From: an uncultured Solirubrobacteraceae bacterium
GTDB taxonomy: Bacteria > Actinomycetota > Thermoleophilia > Solirubrobacterales > Solirubrobacteraceae
Direction of reading: 5' to 3'
NCBI GenBank assembly: GCA_963714215.1
Contig: CAVQNP010000007.1
Location: forward strand, 278,544 to 342,543
Length of the DNA: 64,000 nt
Of the stretch, positions 17,998 to 30,947 are shown in pieces (the stretch's first letter is position 1; every line of letters begins with the position of its first letter). Below the pieces are notes generated by a model. The model was not told the DNA's origin, searched no databases, and saw only the letters and a program-made list of their open reading frames with translations. The translations under genes and the position numbers were made by a program.

Positions 17998-19211
17998 TCA
18001 CTCAAAGCGCAGCGCTTCGATCGGTCTGAGAGAGGCGGCCCGCGCCGCGGGATAGGTGCCGAAGAACAGCCCGGACAGCGCAGCTGCGCCGAAGGCGAGG
18101 AAGATCGAATAAGTCGCGATCTGGGGATGTACGCCGGCGATCGGGAACTGGCTGCCGAGCACTCCGACTGCCACGCCCGTCAGGCCACCGATCAGCGAGA
18201 CGAGGACCGCCTCGGTGAGGAACTGCGTGAGGATGTCAGAGCGCCGAGCGCCGATCGCCTTGCGGATGCCGATCTCGCGCGTTCGCTCGGTGACGCTCAC
18301 GAGCATGATGTTCATCACGCCGATCCCGCCGACGAGCAGCGAGATCGCCGCGACCTCGCCGAGCAATGTGGTGAAGACGCTGCTGCTGGAGCTCGAGGTC
18401 GACAGCAGCGAGCCCTGGTTGAGCACTTGAAAGCCCGGTTCTTCGGTGTTCTTGATCTTGTGGCGTTCCTCGAGGATCTGCTTGACCTCGCCTTCGGCGG
18501 CGTTCAATGTCGGTTCGGACTTCGCCTCGACTGTGATCGAGGAAATCGCGCCGTAGCCGCTCAGCGAGTCCTGCACGGTGGAGATCGGCGCCATCACCAC
18601 GTCGTCCTGGTTGCTCGCGCCGTTTGAGCCCTTCGAGGCCAGCACGCCGACCACTTCGAAGTTCGATCCGTTGGCCTTCATGTTCTGCCCGACCGCGCTC
18701 TGGCCGGCGAACAGTTCTTCGGCGACCGTCTGGCCGATCACGGCGACGCGTCTGTGCTTGCTCACGTCGGCGCTCGTGAACGGCTTGCCTTCGGCGAGCT
18801 TGTAGCTGTGCGCCGTCAGGTAGGAGGGCGTCGTGCCCGTGAACGTTGACGGTTCGTAGCTCGTGCTGGCGAAGACCAGTTTCACGCTCGTGGCGCCGAC
18901 TACCGGCGAGGCGCTCTTGACGTCGGGCGCCTTGCCGGGGTCCTGCAGCGCTTCGGCGTCCTTCTTGGTCAGCGAGATGGTGGACGATCCGCTCGCGCGC
19001 GTCCCACCGAGGCCGCGGCCGCTCATCACGAGCAGCACGTTCGTGCCGAGGCTCTGGATCTGCGACTTGATCGCCTGCGAGGAGCCGTTGCCGACAGCGA
19101 TCAGCACGATCACCGAGGCCACGCCGATCGTCATGCCGAGGATCGTCAGGCCCGAGCGCAGCTTGTTGGCCGCGATCCCGCCCCAGGCGATTCGCAGCGT
19201 CTCCACGCCGA

Positions 19212-19215
<4 letters not shown>
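17998..19215 (-). CDS. MacB/FtsX-type ABC permease
   Basis: NKLRSGLTILGMTIGVASVI; SLLVGGIGVMNIMLVSVTERTREIGIRKAIGA; PIEALRFE. Confidence 0.93.
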
Positions 19216-20104
<889 letters not shown>

Positions 20105-20105
<1 letters not shown>

Positions 20106-21694
20106 CAGCCGCCGGGGGGTCCGCCGCCGGGGAAAGCGCCGCCTCCGCCAAGGCCTCCGCTGCTGAGGCCTCCGCCGCCGAGGCGCGCGCCGATGCCCGA
20201 TTTGGATGAGCTCGTGCTCGTGCTCGTGACGCTCGGCAGGACGATCTCTTCTCCCACCTTCAGCCCGCTGAGGATGATTGTCGAGCTGTCGCCCGCGAGA
20301 CCGGTAGTCACCGCTTGGCTGACGTGCTTGCCTGCGCGCACGACCGTTACAGAACCTGCGGAGATCGCCGTCGTCGGGACGTTCACGCCTTCGGCCTGCT
20401 TGACCACGACTTCGGCAGATGCGCTCATGCCGGCTTTCAAGCCGGATTCCATCTGGTCGAGCTGGAACGTGACGTCGTAGCTGACGACGCCGCTGTTGCT
20501 CGTGGACAGCGCGTCGACGCTGAGCACGTGGGCCGCGACTTTGCGGCTGCTGAGCGCTTCGATCGTCACCGTGGCGGTCTGGCCGACCTTCACGTTGCCG
20601 ATTTCAGACTCGCTCAGCGGCACGACGAGTTGCATCGAGCTGAGGTTGCTGAGCACCGCGAAAGACGTCTTGGAGGAGCTGCTGGACGATTCCGCCGAGC
20701 TGCTCGGCGACGAAGTGCTGCTGGTCGGCGAGGCCGAGGCGCTGCTGCTGGAGGAGCTGCTGCCGGATGCCTTGGTCGTGCCCGTTGCGGAAACGGTTTC
20801 GCCGACTTCGCCGGAGAGCGTCACGATCGTGCCGTACTGCGGCGCGTAGAGCTTGGTGTTCTCAACGGCCTGTTCGTCGCTTTTCACCGTCAGCTTGTCG
20901 CTCTTGACGGCCGCTTTGGCCGATGCCAGGTTCGCTTCGCGCGTGGCCGTGCTGATCGTCGAGCCCGACGAGGGCGAGCTGGAGCCTTCGCTCGAGTCGG
21001 CGGAGGGAGATTCGCTCGCTTTCGGCGCGGTGGTTTTGCTCTTCTGCGTCGTCGTCGTGGTCGGGGGCTTGCTGGTCGTGCTCGGCGCGGTCGTCGCCGG
21101 CGCGGTCGTCGTGCTCGGCGTCGTGGTCGTCGGGCTGGTGCTGGTCGTGCTCGGCGTCGTGACCGGAGCGCTCGTCGTGGGCGACGGTGTGGCCGCGGCG
21201 TAGGCGATGTTCGATGCGGCGGTGGCGGTGCTGGCTGGAGTTCCCGTGCTCGTGCCCGTGGAGCCTTGCCCCGAAGAGGTTTCTCCTTCGTTTTCTTCCT
21301 CGCTGGCGAGGTTGGCTTCGGCGGATTGCAGGTTGGCCTTGGCCTGTTCGAGCGTAACTTCGGCGCTCTGGGGGTCGAGCGTCGCCAAAAGCTGGCCCTG
21401 GGTGACATGCTCACCCTGGGTCACGTAGATGCGGGTGACGGTTCCGCTCGTCTTGAAGCCGAGGTTGAGCTGGCTGGCGGCCTGGATGTTGCCGCTGCCC
21501 GAGACGGTCGACTGAACGACCCCCTTCTGCACCGTGGCGGTTCTGGTGCTCTGTGCCGAGGACTGCGAGGCCTGGCCGACCGTCGTGTAGGCGACCACGA
21601 TCGCGGCGATGCAGAGCACGCCGAGCGCGATGTTGAGCAGCGGGCGTTGATCGCGGATGCCGTCGGCCACGAGGCGAGGATCGAGCCGGCGCAC
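20105..21694 (-). CDS. MacA/YknX-type adaptor (membrane fusion) protein with Ser/Thr-rich insertions
   Basis: N-terminal TM; SGTVTRIYVTQGEHVTQGQLLATLD; KLYAPQYGTI; LKAGMSA; VTTGLAGD. Confidence 0.88.
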
Positions 21695-21703
21695 AAGAGC
21701 TCC

Positions 21704-21731
21704 CTAAGGCGTCCGTAGGAACAACGTAGGA
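21704..21731 (+). promoter_or_regulatory. Triple direct-repeat box CTAAGG-N5-GTAGGA-N5-GTAGGA in the divergent exporter/kinase promoter
   Basis: Units at 21704, 21715 and 21726, i.e. -67/-56/-45 from ATG 21771 (CACAAT-N6-ATG). Confidence 0.65.
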
Positions 21732-21770
21732 GTCCGGCAGGTGGCCAATCCGGTGCGGCACAATCAGGCC

Positions 21771-21887
21771 ATGCAGATTCTCCTCGGCGACGACCGCGTG
21801 CACGATGCGCTCGGCAGCGTCCTTGCCCATGGCGGCCATCACGTGCAGAGCGCCGACGGGGTCGGCTACGTCCTGCGCGAGCCGTGA
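21771..21887 (+). pseudogene. 38-aa internally deleted copy of the response regulator, coupled to the kinase start
   Basis: MQILLGDDRVHDALGSVLAHGGHHVQSADG-VGYVLREP* aligns with the regulator N-terminus (MRVLVVDDDRAVRDALRRVLTLGGYEVQTADG) and C-terminus (VGYVMREP). Confidence 0.8.
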
Positions 21888-23521
21888 GCCTGCGCCTGCG
21901 CATCGCCGCCGTCGGCGGCGTGGCCGTCGCGCTCGCCGTGCTCGCCGCCGCCGTCGGCATCTATCTCGCAGTCCGCTCCGATCTGCGCGGGCAGATCGAC
22001 CAGTCGCTCACGCAGCGTGCCCAGGTGCTCGTCAGCGCCCCGCCACTGCACGGCGGGGCTGGACCATCGGACAATCTGTCCCCCGGCGGCAGCGGCGCTG
22101 GGAGCGGCACAAGTGGCACGTCCGCCAAAGGGAGCGCTGGCGGGACGGCGAGTGCCAACGACGGTGGCGGGAGCGGCAAAGGCGACAGCGCGACCGGCAC
22201 GCCCGATGCCGTCGCCGGCGCCGCGCCGCCGGCGTTCCGCGCGCGCTTGGAAGCGCACGGCCCGCTGCCCAACTTCGTCCAGCCCGGGCGCTTTGGCGGC
22301 GCCGCCGGCTACGTGCAGTTCGTCAGCGCCAAGGGCGTCGTCGACGTCCCCGGCGGCCAGGGCTCCACGCCGAAGATTCCGCCCAACGCGCGCGATCGGC
22401 AGATCGCCGCCTCGGGACATGGCAGCGCGCTGAGCGACCGCACGGTCAAGGGGACGCACCTGCGCGTGCTCACGCTCGGCACGCCCGCTGCGAGCGGGGG
22501 CCAGGGCACGGACACGGGCACGGTCGGCGCCACGGCCACGGCGGGCGGCGCCGTGATGATCGCCCGCCCGCTCTCCGAGGTCGATCACGAGCTGCACCGG
22601 ATCCTGCTGATCCTGCTGATCGTCGGCATCGCCGGGATCGCGCTCGGCGCTGTGCTCGGCGCGCTCGTCGCGCGCACCGCGCTCGCGCCGATCGCGCGCT
22701 TCACGCGTCGCACGGAGTCGCTCGCCGGCGAGCTCGACCTCTCAGAGCGCCTGGACGTGAGCGGCGGCGAGGAGCTCGAGCGACTCGCCACCAGCTTCAA
22801 CACGACGCTCGACGCGCTCGAGCGCTCGCTGCTCGCCCAGCGCCAGCTGATCGCCGACGCCAGCCACGAGCTGCGCACGCCGATCGCCTCGCTGCGCGCG
22901 AACATCCAGACGCTCGAGGACGCCCACCGCCTGGCGCCCGCCGAGCAGCAGCGCCTGCGCGCCGACATCATCGACGAGCTCGACGAGCTGACGACGCTCG
23001 TCGGTGATGTCGTCGAGCTCGCACGCGGCTCGCGCGCGCCGTCCGAGCGCGGCGAGGTGCGCCTGGACGAGCTCGCCGCCGAGGCTGTCGCGCGCACGCG
23101 CCGTCGCGGCGAGCTGCGCTTCGAGCTCGACCTGCAGCCGACCGTCGTGCGCGGCGAAGCCGACCGCATCAACCGCGCGATCTCCAACCTGCTCGACAAC
23201 GCGCACAAGTGGAGCCCGCCGGGCGGCATCGTCGAGGTCTCGCTGCGTGACGGCGTGCTGGTCGTGCGCGACCACGGCCCCGGCTTCGGCGAGCACGAGC
23301 TCGGCAAGGTGTTCGAGCGCTTCTACCGCTCCGAGCGCGCGCGCAAGCTGCCCGGCTCCGGGCTCGGCCTGGCGATCGTGCGCCAGGCGGCCGAGGCGCA
23401 CGGGGGATACGCGCGAGCAGCCAACGCCGCCGGCGGAGGCGCGCACATGGAGGTCTCCTTCGGGCCGGTGCTCGAGTTCGCCGACGAGGCCGGACCGCTG
23501 GCGGCGACGCCGGTGCAGTAG
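21884..23521 (+). CDS. HAMP-domain sensor histidine kinase (MprB-like)
   Basis: Two TMs, HAMP, DASHELRTP, NLLDNAHKW, VRDHGPG, FERFYR, GSGLGLAIV. Confidence 0.93.
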   Translation: MSLRLRIAAVGGVAVALAVLAAAVGIYLAVRSDLRGQIDQSLTQRAQVLVSAPPLHGGAGPSDNLSPGGSGAGSGTSGTSAKGSAGGTASANDGGGSGKGDSATGTPDAVAGAAPPAFRARLEAHGPLPNFVQPGRFGGAAGYVQFVSAKGVVDVPGGQGSTPKIPPNARDRQIAASGHGSALSDRTVKGTHLRVLTLGTPAASGGQGTDTGTVGATATAGGAVMIARPLSEVDHELHRILLILLIVGIAGIALGAVLGALVARTALAPIARFTRRTESLAGELDLSERLDVSGGEELERLATSFNTTLDALERSLLAQRQLIADASHELRTPIASLRANIQTLEDAHRLAPAEQQRLRADIIDELDELTTLVGDVVELARGSRAPSERGEVRLDELAAEAVARTRRRGELRFELDLQPTVVRGEADRINRAISNLLDNAHKWSPPGGIVEVSLRDGVLVVRDHGPGFGEHELGKVFERFYRSERARKLPGSGLGLAIVRQAAEAHGGYARAANAAGGGAHMEVSFGPVLEFADEAGPLAATPVQ

Positions 23522-23554
23522 TCGGCGCAGAGCGGTTGCGGTAGTGTCGGCGAC

Positions 23555-23920
23555 GTGGACAGAGAACGCGCTGTCGGCCTGCTGGCTGGCCTCAGACTGG
23601 TCGTCGGGGTCGCCTCTTGGACCACGCCGCGGTTCGCGGGCAAGCTGTTCGGGCTGGACGCGGAGGCCAATCCGCAGTCGCCGTACCTGGCCCGTCTGTT
23701 CGGCGCACGCGACGTCGCGCTCGCCTGGGGCGCGCTCGGCAGCGAGGGCGAGGCGCGCAAGCAGTGGCTGATCGCCGGGCTCGCGTGTGACGCGGCAGAC
23801 GTGCTGGCGGGGATCGCCGGTGGACGTCGCGGATACCTGCCGCCGTTGACGAGCGTGCTCGTCAGCGGCACCGCCGTGTCCGCCGTTGCGCTTGGCGTGG
23901 CTGCGCTGAGCGACGAGTGA
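23555..23920 (+). CDS. Small membrane protein (DUF4267-like)
   Basis: ARLFGARDVALA, ACDAAD; leaderless TAGTGT-N7-GTG. Confidence 0.7.
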   Translation: MDRERAVGLLAGLRLVVGVASWTTPRFAGKLFGLDAEANPQSPYLARLFGARDVALAWGALGSEGEARKQWLIAGLACDAADVLAGIAGGRRGYLPPLTSVLVSGTAVSAVALGVAALSDE

Positions 23921-23931
23921 GCTGACCGGAG

Positions 23932-25446
23932 CTAGCCCGCCGAGGCCACCGGCCTGCGCGCCGTCTCGGCCGCCGGCTCGGGCCCGATGAACGGGTTGAG
24001 CGTGAGGTAGACCAGCTGCGGCGAGGCGTCGCACAGTTCGTGCAGGCGCTTGTGCTCGATGTAGTGGTGCAGCACCTGCCAGATGCCACCCGCGACGGCC
24101 TCGGCCGCGATCTCGGGCACCTCGGCGTCGTCCGCCGCGTGCTCGAAGCCGGGGCTCAGGTAGGCCGTGAACGATTCCAGTGCGCTGCGGCGGATCTCGA
24201 TCGCCTGTGGGCTCGCGCCGAACGTGTCGACGAGCGTCAGGTGCGCGTGGGAGGGCTCCGAGCAGACGAAGTCCATCAGCGCGTTGAGCCCGGCCGCGAC
24301 GCCGTCCGGCCAGTCGGCGACCTGCGCGTCGTAGGCCTCGACGGTGGTGCGCAGCGCCTGGTGCAGGCCGACCTTCTGCGCGCCGAGGAAGGCGTCGTGC
24401 TTGGTCGGGTACATCTCGTAGAACGTCTCGTGCGAGACGTTCGCGCGGGAGGCGATCTCGGGGATCGTCAGCCCGGCGAAGCCCTTCTCGGCGACGATCT
24501 CCGCGGTCGCGTCGACGATCCGTTCACGCTGGCTCTTGACGACCTCCTCGCGCGCCAGGTCGTGGCGTCCGCTCGGCAGCCGCCGCTCCGACAGCGGGCG
24601 CTCGCCGCGCATCTGCGACGGCGTCGGCTCGTCCGCCGCGCGCCTGCGCACGCGGCGCGGTCCGTCGAGCCCGAGCGGCAGTGCCGGTGGGTAGGCCAGC
24701 GCCCATGCGCCCAGTTCGTCGGCCAGCTCCGGCAGCTCGTGCGCGCGCCCACGCAGGAGACGCGTCGCCGAGACCTCGCGGATGCCGCCGATCAGGAACT
24801 TCGCCGTCAGATCGCGTGGCTGCTCGCTCCACGCGTGCTCGCGCCCGGCGCTGACCATCCGCTCGAGCGCCGTCGTCGTGCGGTTGCGCCGTTCGAGCGC
24901 CCGCGGCCCCGCGCCGAAGGTGCCGAGCAGCGCGAGCGTCATCGCCTCCGGCTCGGCCGCCGCCAGCTCGGCGAACGCGCGCAGCGCCATCTGCAGGCTC
25001 TCCTCGGGCGAGTCGGCTTCGTCGTAGGCGGCCGCCACGTGCGCCGTCGTGCGCCCGGCGATGTCCTCGTAGGCGCTCAGCAGCAGCTCTTCCTTGTCCG
25101 CGTAGAGGTTGTAGAACGTCGGGCGCGAGACGTGCGCGAGCTGCGTCAGGTCGAGGATCCGCACGGCCGGGTAGCCGCGCTGGGCGATCAGCTCGATCAT
25201 CGCCGAGCGCAGTCGCTCGCGCTGGTCGCGCTCGACCTCCTCGCGGGTCAGCCCGTGCGCGCCGGTCGGCAGCCGTCGGTAGCGCGCCGCCGGCCTTTGC
25301 CCGGCTGGGCTCGAAGCTCCCGTGTCGGCGGCTGCAGAGCTGCCCGAAGCGGCTTTGGCTCGGCCCTCGTCTTTGGCGTCAGACGAATCCTTCGACTTGC
25401 CGGGCGAGGAGCCACGGGGTTTGGTGTTGGCCTTGCGCGCCGTCAT
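23932..25446 (-). CDS. Tandem double-TetR regulator
   Basis: Two units: RLPTGAHGLTREEV..QRERL..VSRPTFYNLY and RLPSGRHDLAREEV..QRERI..VSHETFYEMY. Confidence 0.88.
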   Translation of the reverse strand: MTARKANTKPRGSSPGKSKDSSDAKDEGRAKAASGSSAAADTGASSPAGQRPAARYRRLPTGAHGLTREEVERDQRERLRSAMIELIAQRGYPAVRILDLTQLAHVSRPTFYNLYADKEELLLSAYEDIAGRTTAHVAAAYDEADSPEESLQMALRAFAELAAAEPEAMTLALLGTFGAGPRALERRNRTTTALERMVSAGREHAWSEQPRDLTAKFLIGGIREVSATRLLRGRAHELPELADELGAWALAYPPALPLGLDGPRRVRRRAADEPTPSQMRGERPLSERRLPSGRHDLAREEVVKSQRERIVDATAEIVAEKGFAGLTIPEIASRANVSHETFYEMYPTKHDAFLGAQKVGLHQALRTTVEAYDAQVADWPDGVAAGLNALMDFVCSEPSHAHLTLVDTFGASPQAIEIRRSALESFTAYLSPGFEHAADDAEVPEIAAEAVAGGIWQVLHHYIEHKRLHELCDASPQLVYLTLNPFIGPEPAAETARRPVASAG

Positions 25447-25545
25447 ATCCGCATCCCCACCGGCTGAAAACCCCTCCTTGACGCCAAACGAGCCAAGCCT
25501 ACCAGCCTCGCTCGGGAGCGTCTGTGAAGGTCTCGGGCGGCTCGC

Positions 25546-27464
25546 TCAATCGCGAATCGCGCGCGAGCTGCCGAGCACGGCGCCGGATGCGTCGAGCGCC
25601 TGCACGGCGATGTACGGCGCCGTGCGCGGCGTGACGATCTGCGTCTCGAAGCCGCTGCGCGGCGCGCTCGCCACAGGCGCCAGCGCGTTCGGCGAGCTGC
25701 CGGCCAGCACGCGCCACGTCGCCGTGCGCGTGTCCCCGTTCCAGCTCGCCCAGACCTTCACGCGCCCGCCCGAGGCGCTCGCCGCGATTGCGGGCGCGCC
25801 GGCCGGGGCGCCGGTCCAGGGAAAGCGGTAGCCACGGTAGGACTCGTAGGAGCCGTGCATGTGCGCGTCGAACAGGAGCTGGCCGCCTGCGCTGTACTCC
25901 GAGAAGTATGGCTCCGATCCCCATCCCACGAACATGTCCTGGTTGGCCAGCTGTTGGATGTTGCCCTGGCTGTCGGACGTCAGCGCCGGGCTGTGCTCGT
26001 ACTGCGCCACGACGCTCGCCGCGTCGCTCTGCGCGTTGAGCGCGAGCACGAGCCCGCGCGACTGCGGGTGGACCTTCGGCACCGAGCCGTTGTCGAACAC
26101 GCTGATCGTGCCGTTGGCCAGCGTGCTCGCGTCGTGCTGGTAGGCCGTGTGCGTGCCCGAGCCGAGCTTCACGCCCGAGTGATGGCCGCCGATCGTGCTC
26201 GCCACGCGCCCGCTGGCTGTGCCCAGCTCGTACATCGCCCACGTGTTGCGCGCCGAGATCAGCGTCGTGCCGTCCGCGCGCTGGTCGATCGAGTTGATGT
26301 GGAAGTAGTCGAACGGCCACTTTTTGCTCGCGTGCGTGGCGAGGCTGTAGGAGTCGCCCAGCGGCACGTGGTCGAGGCTGTGCCACTCGCGCCGCACGAG
26401 CCCCGTGCGCAGGTCGATTTCCTGGAACACGCTGTCGGTGACGGCGCCGCCGCTCGGGCCGCCGACGACCGACAGGTTGCAGTCGATCGGGTTGAACACC
26501 GTCAACAGGGCCGTGCCCTGCGGCGTGATCTTGAAGTCGTGCAGGTCGGCCGAGTAGCCGTTGCCCGCGCGCACGCGCCCGATCTGCTGGTAGGAGGCGT
26601 TGGCGATGATCTCTTCGCCCTGGCCGAAGCCCTGCGGCGGGATGTAGCCCTGCCACCACTCAGCACCGGCTGGCCGCCGAGCTCTTGCACCTGCAGGTTG
26701 GTCGCCGCCGAGGCGTTCTTGGGCAGCGGGTGGAACCACACGAGGTTGCCGGCTTCGTCGAAGATCATCGTGCCCGGCGGTCCCGGGCCGGAGTAGGGCG
26801 CCACGAAGATGTCGCCGGGCTGGGTCTGCGCGGGCGTGCGCGCGGTCACGACCACGCCCGGCGGTTCGAGCGTCGGCTCAGAGTGGAAGTGCTGCTTCTC
26901 GTTGTAGTCCTTGCCCGACGGTGGCGTCGGCTTGGAGTACGGCAGCACGTCCTGCGTGGCGACCGTGAAGTGGAACGCGAAGGCGTGCGTGCTCGAACCG
27001 CTGCGCAGCTTGCCGCGCACGGTCACCGTCTCGCCCTGCGTGAGCGGGTCGGCGAGCACGAAGCTGGCGCCGTCGCCTTGGGAGTAGGGGCGCAGCCGGC
27101 CGTCGTGCTTGCCGCTGTGCGAGCCCCGCACGGTGATGCTCGAGAGCGCCGCAGCGGGCACGCCGGCGAGGCTGATCTGGGTGCGGTAGGAGGCGTCGTA
27201 GGAATCGGGCAGCGGCGAGACGCTGAGCGTCGTGCCGGGCAGCGTGGCCGAGAGGTTGGAGGTGCTCGGCATGCAGCGCGCTGCCGCCGGCGCTTTGAAG
27301 GCGGCCTCCTCGGCTTTGATCCGGTGCGCGGCCAGCGGGACCCGATCGTCGCCGCGCAGCGCGAGCGCGACGACGAGCCCGGCGAGCAGCGAGTCGACCG
27401 AGTTGCGCCGAGGCTGCTGCCGAAGACACCAACCGGCCGGCGGAAGTTGCCTGCGACGACGCAC
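25546..27464 (-). CDS. Secreted arylsulfotransferase (ASST family), copy 1; frameshift near 26660, 5' end uncertain
   Basis: LVWFHP, VL(T)WWQG, DLHDF, DYFHINS, ISARNT, YQHDA, VFDN, SQGNIQQL, FVGWG, SYRGYRFPW. Confidence 0.82.
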
Positions 27465-27480
27465 GCCGCTTCGAACACGC

Positions 27481-29136
<1,656 letters not shown>

Positions 29137-29147
29137 GCACGAATGCT

Positions 29148-29185
29148 ACCCGGCGCGCTCTCCGCGGCCGGAGGATGCGCCGGGT
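29148..29185. terminator. Stem-loop between the choice-of-anchor D gene and the mutase promoter
   Basis: ACCCGGCGC..CTCCG / CGGAG..GCGCCGGGT. Confidence 0.45.
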
Positions 29186-29222
29186 GAGCGCCCGGCTGAG
29201 CACCCGCTCGGACGGGCCCGCC

Positions 29223-30815
29223 TCAGAGCAGCGAGACGGCGCCGGCGGCGCTCAGCTTCATCGTCCAGCTGTGCTGCGCGACGATCGCGCCGTCTGCGAG
29301 CACGACGACGCCGACGCGCACCTGCATACGCCCTCGCCGCTTCAGCTGTGCCCGTGCGTGGCGCGTGAGCGGGATGCGCACGTGGATGCCCTGGCCGCTG
29401 CGCAGCCGGGCCGTGGCGGAGCCGAGCACGGCTGCGTCCTGGCCGAAGCCGCTGATCGAGCCGCGCGGCGCGCCGGCGGGCACGAGAAAGCTCAGCGTTT
29501 CGCAGTCTTTGGCGGTGGCGGGGCACTGCACGTCGGCGCCGGGGTCGAGCGTGGCATGGCCGAGCAGGGTGTAGAGGCGCGGCGCGCGCGCAGCCGAGAG
29601 CGCCGGCGGGGGGGTCGGCGCCTGGTCGGCGGACGGCGCAGGCACGGCGGCCGGCGCGGGTGGCGGGACCGGTGCGCTCGGTGCGGGCGTGCTCACGAGC
29701 GGCATCGACAGCGACGGGTCTGCTTCGTCGGCGCCCTGCACGCCGATGCCGTCGATTCCGGCGACGTTGATGGCGGGGGTGTTCGTGATGAACAGCATCG
29801 CCGCGCTCTTCTCGCCGAGCGTCGTCGGCTGGAAGCCGACGGTCACGGCGCACGATTCGCTCGGGGGCAGGATGTGCCCGCTGCAGGAGTCGGCGCGCAC
29901 TCCGAACATCAGCGGCGTGCCGGTGACGAGGAAGGAGCGCTGGATGTAGAGCAGGTAGTCGCCCGTGTTGGTCACGGTGAAGGTGTGCTGCGTGGAGTGT
30001 CCGAGCGCCACGGTGCCGAGCAGCGCCTGGGTCGTGTCGAGCGTCATCTGCGGGCCGTGCAGGCCTTCGCCTGAGAGCGGCACGACGATCGGCCCGGCGG
30101 CGGAGTCGCTCTGCACGACGAGCGAGGCCGTGCGCACGCCGGGCGCGCTCGGGCGGAAGCGGATGCCCATGCCGCAGCTGTTGTTGGGCCCCATCTGGTC
30201 GTTTTCGCAGTTGCCCCATTCGACGCTGAAGTCGGCCGCGTCGGGGCCGGTGATCGAGACCGATTGCAACTGCGTGCCGAAGTCGGAGCTGTTCTGGATG
30301 CTGAGCGATTCGCTCTCGTTGTTTTCGCCTTCGAATGACCCGGGCGGGTTGTAGGGGATCGGGGAGAAGGTCAGCTGGCTCGGGCTCGGTGACGGGGTGC
30401 CGGTGGCGGCGCTCGCGGAGATCGGCACTTCGGCGGAGACTTCCCCGGCCGATTCGTCGAGCGTGAGCAGCACGAGCGTCGCGGCATAGGCGCTGCGCGC
30501 GGTGGGCTTGAAGACGACTTCTAGCGAGCAGTTTTCACCGGCGCCGACGAAGTTGCCGGTGCAGCCGTCGTTGACGATCTGAAAGCTCGACGGGTCGGCG
30601 CCGGAGAGTTCGGCGGCCGTGACGTGCAGCGTTCCGGGGGTGTTGTTGGTGAACTTCACGTTCTGCTGCGGATTGCCGCCGAAGTGCAGGTCGACGGCGC
30701 CGTATTCGAGCTGCGCGGGGGCGGCTTCGATGAACGGCTGCGCCGACGCCGGCGCGACGACGAGCAGCATGGCAAAGGACACGAGTGCTGCGAGCGGAAC
30801 GCTTCGCTTGAACAT
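29223..30815 (-). CDS. Secreted protein with three choice-of-anchor D (ASH/Ig-like) domains
   Basis: Signal peptide (APASA); repeated FxxxxDxC..L..GESCxxxVxFxP; Pro-rich linker. Confidence 0.8.
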   Translation of the reverse strand: MFKRSVPLAALVSFAMLLVVAPASAQPFIEAAPAQLEYGAVDLHFGGNPQQNVKFTNNTPGTLHVTAAELSGADPSSFQIVNDGCTGNFVGAGENCSLEVVFKPTARSAYAATLVLLTLDESAGEVSAEVPISASAATGTPSPSPSQLTFSPIPYNPPGSFEGENNESESLSIQNSSDFGTQLQSVSITGPDAADFSVEWGNCENDQMGPNNSCGMGIRFRPSAPGVRTASLVVQSDSAAGPIVVPLSGEGLHGPQMTLDTTQALLGTVALGHSTQHTFTVTNTGDYLLYIQRSFLVTGTPLMFGVRADSCSGHILPPSESCAVTVGFQPTTLGEKSAAMLFITNTPAINVAGIDGIGVQGADEADPSLSMPLVSTPAPSAPVPPPAPAAVPAPSADQAPTPPPALSAARAPRLYTLLGHATLDPGADVQCPATAKDCETLSFLVPAGAPRGSISGFGQDAAVLGSATARLRSGQGIHVRIPLTRHARAQLKRRGRMQVRVGVVVLADGAIVAQHSWTMKLSAAGAVSLL

Positions 30816-30875
30816 CTACTACCCCCGGATTGATTGGCCGGACTTGCCCCGGCTCGATGAGGGGGTTTCGGCGTT

Positions 30876-30894
30876 TGCTCAGGTTTGCTGAGCA
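30876..30894. promoter_or_regulatory. Palindrome TGCTCAG-N5-CTGAGCA in a divergent promoter region
   Basis: Perfect 7-bp arms. Confidence 0.45.
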
Positions 30895-30947
30895 CTGCAC
30901 GGGACTGCCCGCGCGCGGTGTGGTGTGATGTGGCGGGTGTTGCGCAG

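Noticed and set aside
29137-29222. Cobalamin riboswitch upstream of the B12 mutase
   Set aside because: Only 86 nt, no B12-box, and the gene appears leaderless; the hairpin is more likely a terminator.
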